From Centroscyllium fabricii (Eukaryota): a stretch of DNA of 64,000 nucleotides. Of this stretch, positions 61,183 through 64,000 are shown piece by piece. The notes beneath the pieces were generated by a model. It had not been told where the DNA came from and searched no databases. It saw only the letters and a list, made by a program, of their open reading frames with translations. A program made the translations under genes and the position numbers. Position 1 is the first letter of the stretch. Each line of letters begins with the position of its first letter. The stretch lies in the NCBI GenBank assembly GCA_051313645.2, contig JBNRSN020000007.1, positions 194,556,001 through 194,620,000 of the forward strand, read 5' to 3'.

Positions 61183-61932
61183 CAGGTTGAGCACTGGTAA
61201 TCCGGCACCCGATGGTCCGGCAGCTTCAGTGGACCAGCACGATTGGAAACCGCCGCTCTTCATTTTGCGGAGCAGTCGCTCGGCGGCGCCACCGTTTCCC
61301 GGGAAGGGCGAGCGCCGACGGCGTCGGGCATTTAGGTTTCTGTTTTTTTAAGGTTTTGTAAGTGTTCTATCCCCGGGCCACCTCACGGGGAGTGTTCTAC
61401 CGCGCGCTCCGGGCCCTGGGGTGTGTTCTACCGCGCGCTCCAGGCCCCGGGGAGTGTTCTACCGCGCGCTCCGGGCCCCGGGGAGTGTTCTACCGCGCGC
61501 TCCGGGCCCCGGGGAGTGTTCTACTGCGCGCTCCGGGCCCCGGGGAGTGTTCTACCGCGCGCTCCAGGCCCCGGGGAGTGTTCTACCGCGGGCCCCGGGG
61601 AGTGTTCTACCACGCGCTCCGGGCCCCGGGGAGTGTTCTGCCGCGTGCTCCGGGCCCCGGGGATTGTTCTATCGCGTGCTCCGGGCCCCGGGGAGTGTTC
61701 TACCGCGTGCCCCGGGGAGTGTTCTACCGCGGGCCCCGGGGAGTGTTCTACCGCGTGCTCCGGGCCCTGGGGTGTGTTCTACCGCGGGCCCCGGGGTGTG
61801 TTCTACCGCGTGCTCCGGGCCCCGGGGTGTGTTCTACCACGCGCTTCCCCCCGAACCTTCAGTGGTTCGGAACTTTCAGTGGTCCGGCACCGGCCTGGTC
61901 CCGAGGGTGCCGGATTAACGGTGCTCAACCTG
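61183..61932. mobile_element. Tigger/pogo-like MITE (copy 9) with internal 31-bp minisatellite
   Basis: TA|CAGGTTGAGCACTGGTAATCCGGCACCC...GGGTGCCGGATTAACGGTGCTCAACCTG|TA. Removing it restores CR1 aggaaggata-ta-cttgccttagaa (RKDILALE). Confidence 0.9.
61361..61846. repeat. 31-bp GC-rich minisatellite (GGGGAGTGTTCTACCGCGCGCTCCGGGCCCC) with shorter variants
   Basis: GTGTTCTA anchors at 61392, 61423, 61454, 61485 and onward. Confidence 0.92.
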
Positions 61933-62417
61933 TACTTGCCTTAGAAGGTTCACTAGTTTGATTTCTAGGATGAGAGGGCTGTCCAAGTAGAATGAGCCTA
62001 TATTCTCTAGAATTTAGAAGAATGGGGTGATCTCATTGAAGCTTACAAGATTCTTTGAGGGCTTGACAGGGTAGATGCAGAGAGGCTGTTTCTCCTGGCT
62101 GGAGAGTCTAGAACTAGGCATAGTCTCAAGACAACGGGTTGGCCATTTAGGACTGATGAGAAATTTCTTCCCTGAGGGTTGTGAATCTTGGAATTCTCTA
62201 CCCCAGATGGCTGTGTATGCTCAGTCGATTAGTATATTCAAGACTGAGATGGGTGGATCTTTGGGCACGAAGGGAATCGATGGATATGGGGAATAGGGTA
62301 AGAAAGTGGAGTTGATGTGGAAGTTCAGCCATGATATTAAATGGCGGAGCAGGCTCAATACTCCTCCTAATCCTTATGTACTTGTGTTCCAAAGCTGAAA
62401 AAATTGCCTTTCAGTCT

Positions 62418-64000
62418 TACATAGAACATACAGCACTGTACAGGCCCTTGGGCCCTCAATGTAGTGCCGCGCTTAGTCCGTCTCTGATTTTTCCTGTCCC
62501 CCCTACTCTTCCTTCCCCTCCATGTACCTATCTATCATCCTTTTAAAAGTCCCCAGACTGTCCACATCCACTATTTCAGATGGTAGCCTATTCCACTCTG
62601 TGTAAAGAACTTGCCCCTGCCATCCCTTCTGAATCTTCCTCCTTGAATCTTGTGTTCGTGCCCTCTTGTTGTCGTTCTTCCCACCCGGGGAAACAGTCTC
62701 TGCACGTTTACTCTATCGATCCCCTTCATCATTTTAAACATCTCTATTAAGTTCCCCCTCTTCCTTCTCCGTTCCAGGGAGAAGAGTCCCAGCTCCCTCA
62801 ACCTCCTCGTACGACTTTCCCCCCATTCCCGGCAGCATCCTGGTGAATCTCCTCTGTACCCTCTCCAACGCCTCCACATCCCTCCTGTAGTACGGTGCCC
62901 AGAACTGCACACAGTACTCCAAGTGTGGTCTCAACAGTGACCTGTACAGCTGTAGCATGACCTCCCGGTTCTTAAACTCTATTCCCCTGTTGATGAAGGC
63001 CAATACACCATAGGCCTTTTTTACTGCCTTGTCCACCTGGGTGGCAGCCTTCAATGATCTGTGTACATATACTCCCAGATCCCTTTGCTCCTCTGCTTCG
63101 CTCAGGACCCTGCCGTTGACCCTATATTCCCTCTTCCTATTTGCCCTACCGAAGTGCATCACCTCGCATTTCTCCGTGTTGAACTCCATTTGCCATTCTT
63201 CAGCCCAGCTCTGCATCCTATCTATATCCCTCTGAATCTTTCTACTTCCTTCCTCCTCATCCACTACTCCCCCAATCTTTGTGTCATCTGCAAATTTGCT
63301 GACCCACCCCTCAGTCCCCTCCTCCAAGTCATTGATAAAGATTACAAATAGTAGTGGCCCCAACACCGACCCCTGTGGCACCCCACTGCTGACCGGCCTC
63401 CAACCCGAGTATTGGCCCTCTACCACTACCCTCTGCTTCCTCTGAGCCAGCCAGTTCTCAATCCATCCCACCACTTCGTTGTTTACCCCGCAACTCCTTA
63501 CTTTCTTCATGAGTCGACCGTGCGGGACCTTGTCGAACGCCTTGCTGAAGTCCATATATATGACATCAACCGCCTTTCCCTCGTCCACACACTTGGTCAC
63601 CTCTTCAAATAATTCTATCAGGTTGGTCAGGCACGATTTGCCCTTAACGAATCCGTGCTGACTGCTCCTGATTAAATTGCCCCTTTCTAGATGGTCGTAG
63701 ATCCTGTCCCTCAGGACCCTTTCCATCACCTTTCCGACCACCGAGGTAAGGCTGACTGGTCTGTAGTTCCCTGGCACGCCCCTGCTCCCCTTTTTAAATA
63801 TGGGAACCACATTCGCCTCTCCAGTCCTCGGACTATCCCCGAGGATAGCGAGAAGCTAAAGATAGAGGTCAGTGGCTCTGTGATTTTGTTCCTCGCTTCC
63901 CAGAGAATCCTTGGATATATCCCGTCCGGCCCAGGAGATTTGTCTACCTTCAGTTTCTCCAAAATATCTAATACCTCCTCCCTCTGAATATTAACTTCCC
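62418..64000 (-). mobile_element. Young CR1 LINE ORF2 (RT), runs off the window
   Basis: 358-aa ORF 62734-63810 with NYRPVSLT, SQHGF, DFSKAFD, GVPQGSVLGP, KFADD, and tail acatagaacataca. Confidence 0.92.

Larger units (their letters stand above)
60223..62390 (+). mobile_element. Degenerate CR1 fragments (at least two)
   Basis: YLDFQKAFDKVPH, PQGSVLGP, RFAADTKLGG, RKDILALE, with CR1 3' tails at ~60900 and ~62380. Confidence 0.75.

Noticed and set aside
61362-61961. Three long overlapping ORFs
   Set aside because: Artefact of a stop-free GC-rich minisatellite inside a MITE.

Overview
Eukaryotic, intron-rich genomic DNA. The repeat content (HE1/V-SINEs, CR1, L2, RTE, Rex1/Babar, Penelope) points to a cartilaginous fish, which is an inference. 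The window holds the CpG-island promoter (~20.4-22.3 kb) and six coding exons of an NCOA5 orthologue on the + strand; the gene continues past the window. Unlike mammalian NCOA5, this protein begins with an hnRNPC/RALY-like RRM. Most remaining sequence is nested transposons. Main observations: (i) nine copies of a TA-flanked Tigger/pogo-like MITE family that share TIRs, are CpG-rich, mostly carry composite NRF1+YY1 motifs like the host promoter, and in two cases host internal minisatellites, plus a related MITE carrying CCAAT repeats; (ii) a candidate frame-preserving 15-nt microexon and neighbouring poison-exon candidates in a TE-poor NCOA5 intron; (iii) a minimal hammerhead ribozyme in a Penelope terminal repeat; (iv) templated and fold-back junction scars at retroposon 5' ends. 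All calls were made by eye without database searches, so TE boundaries are approximate.
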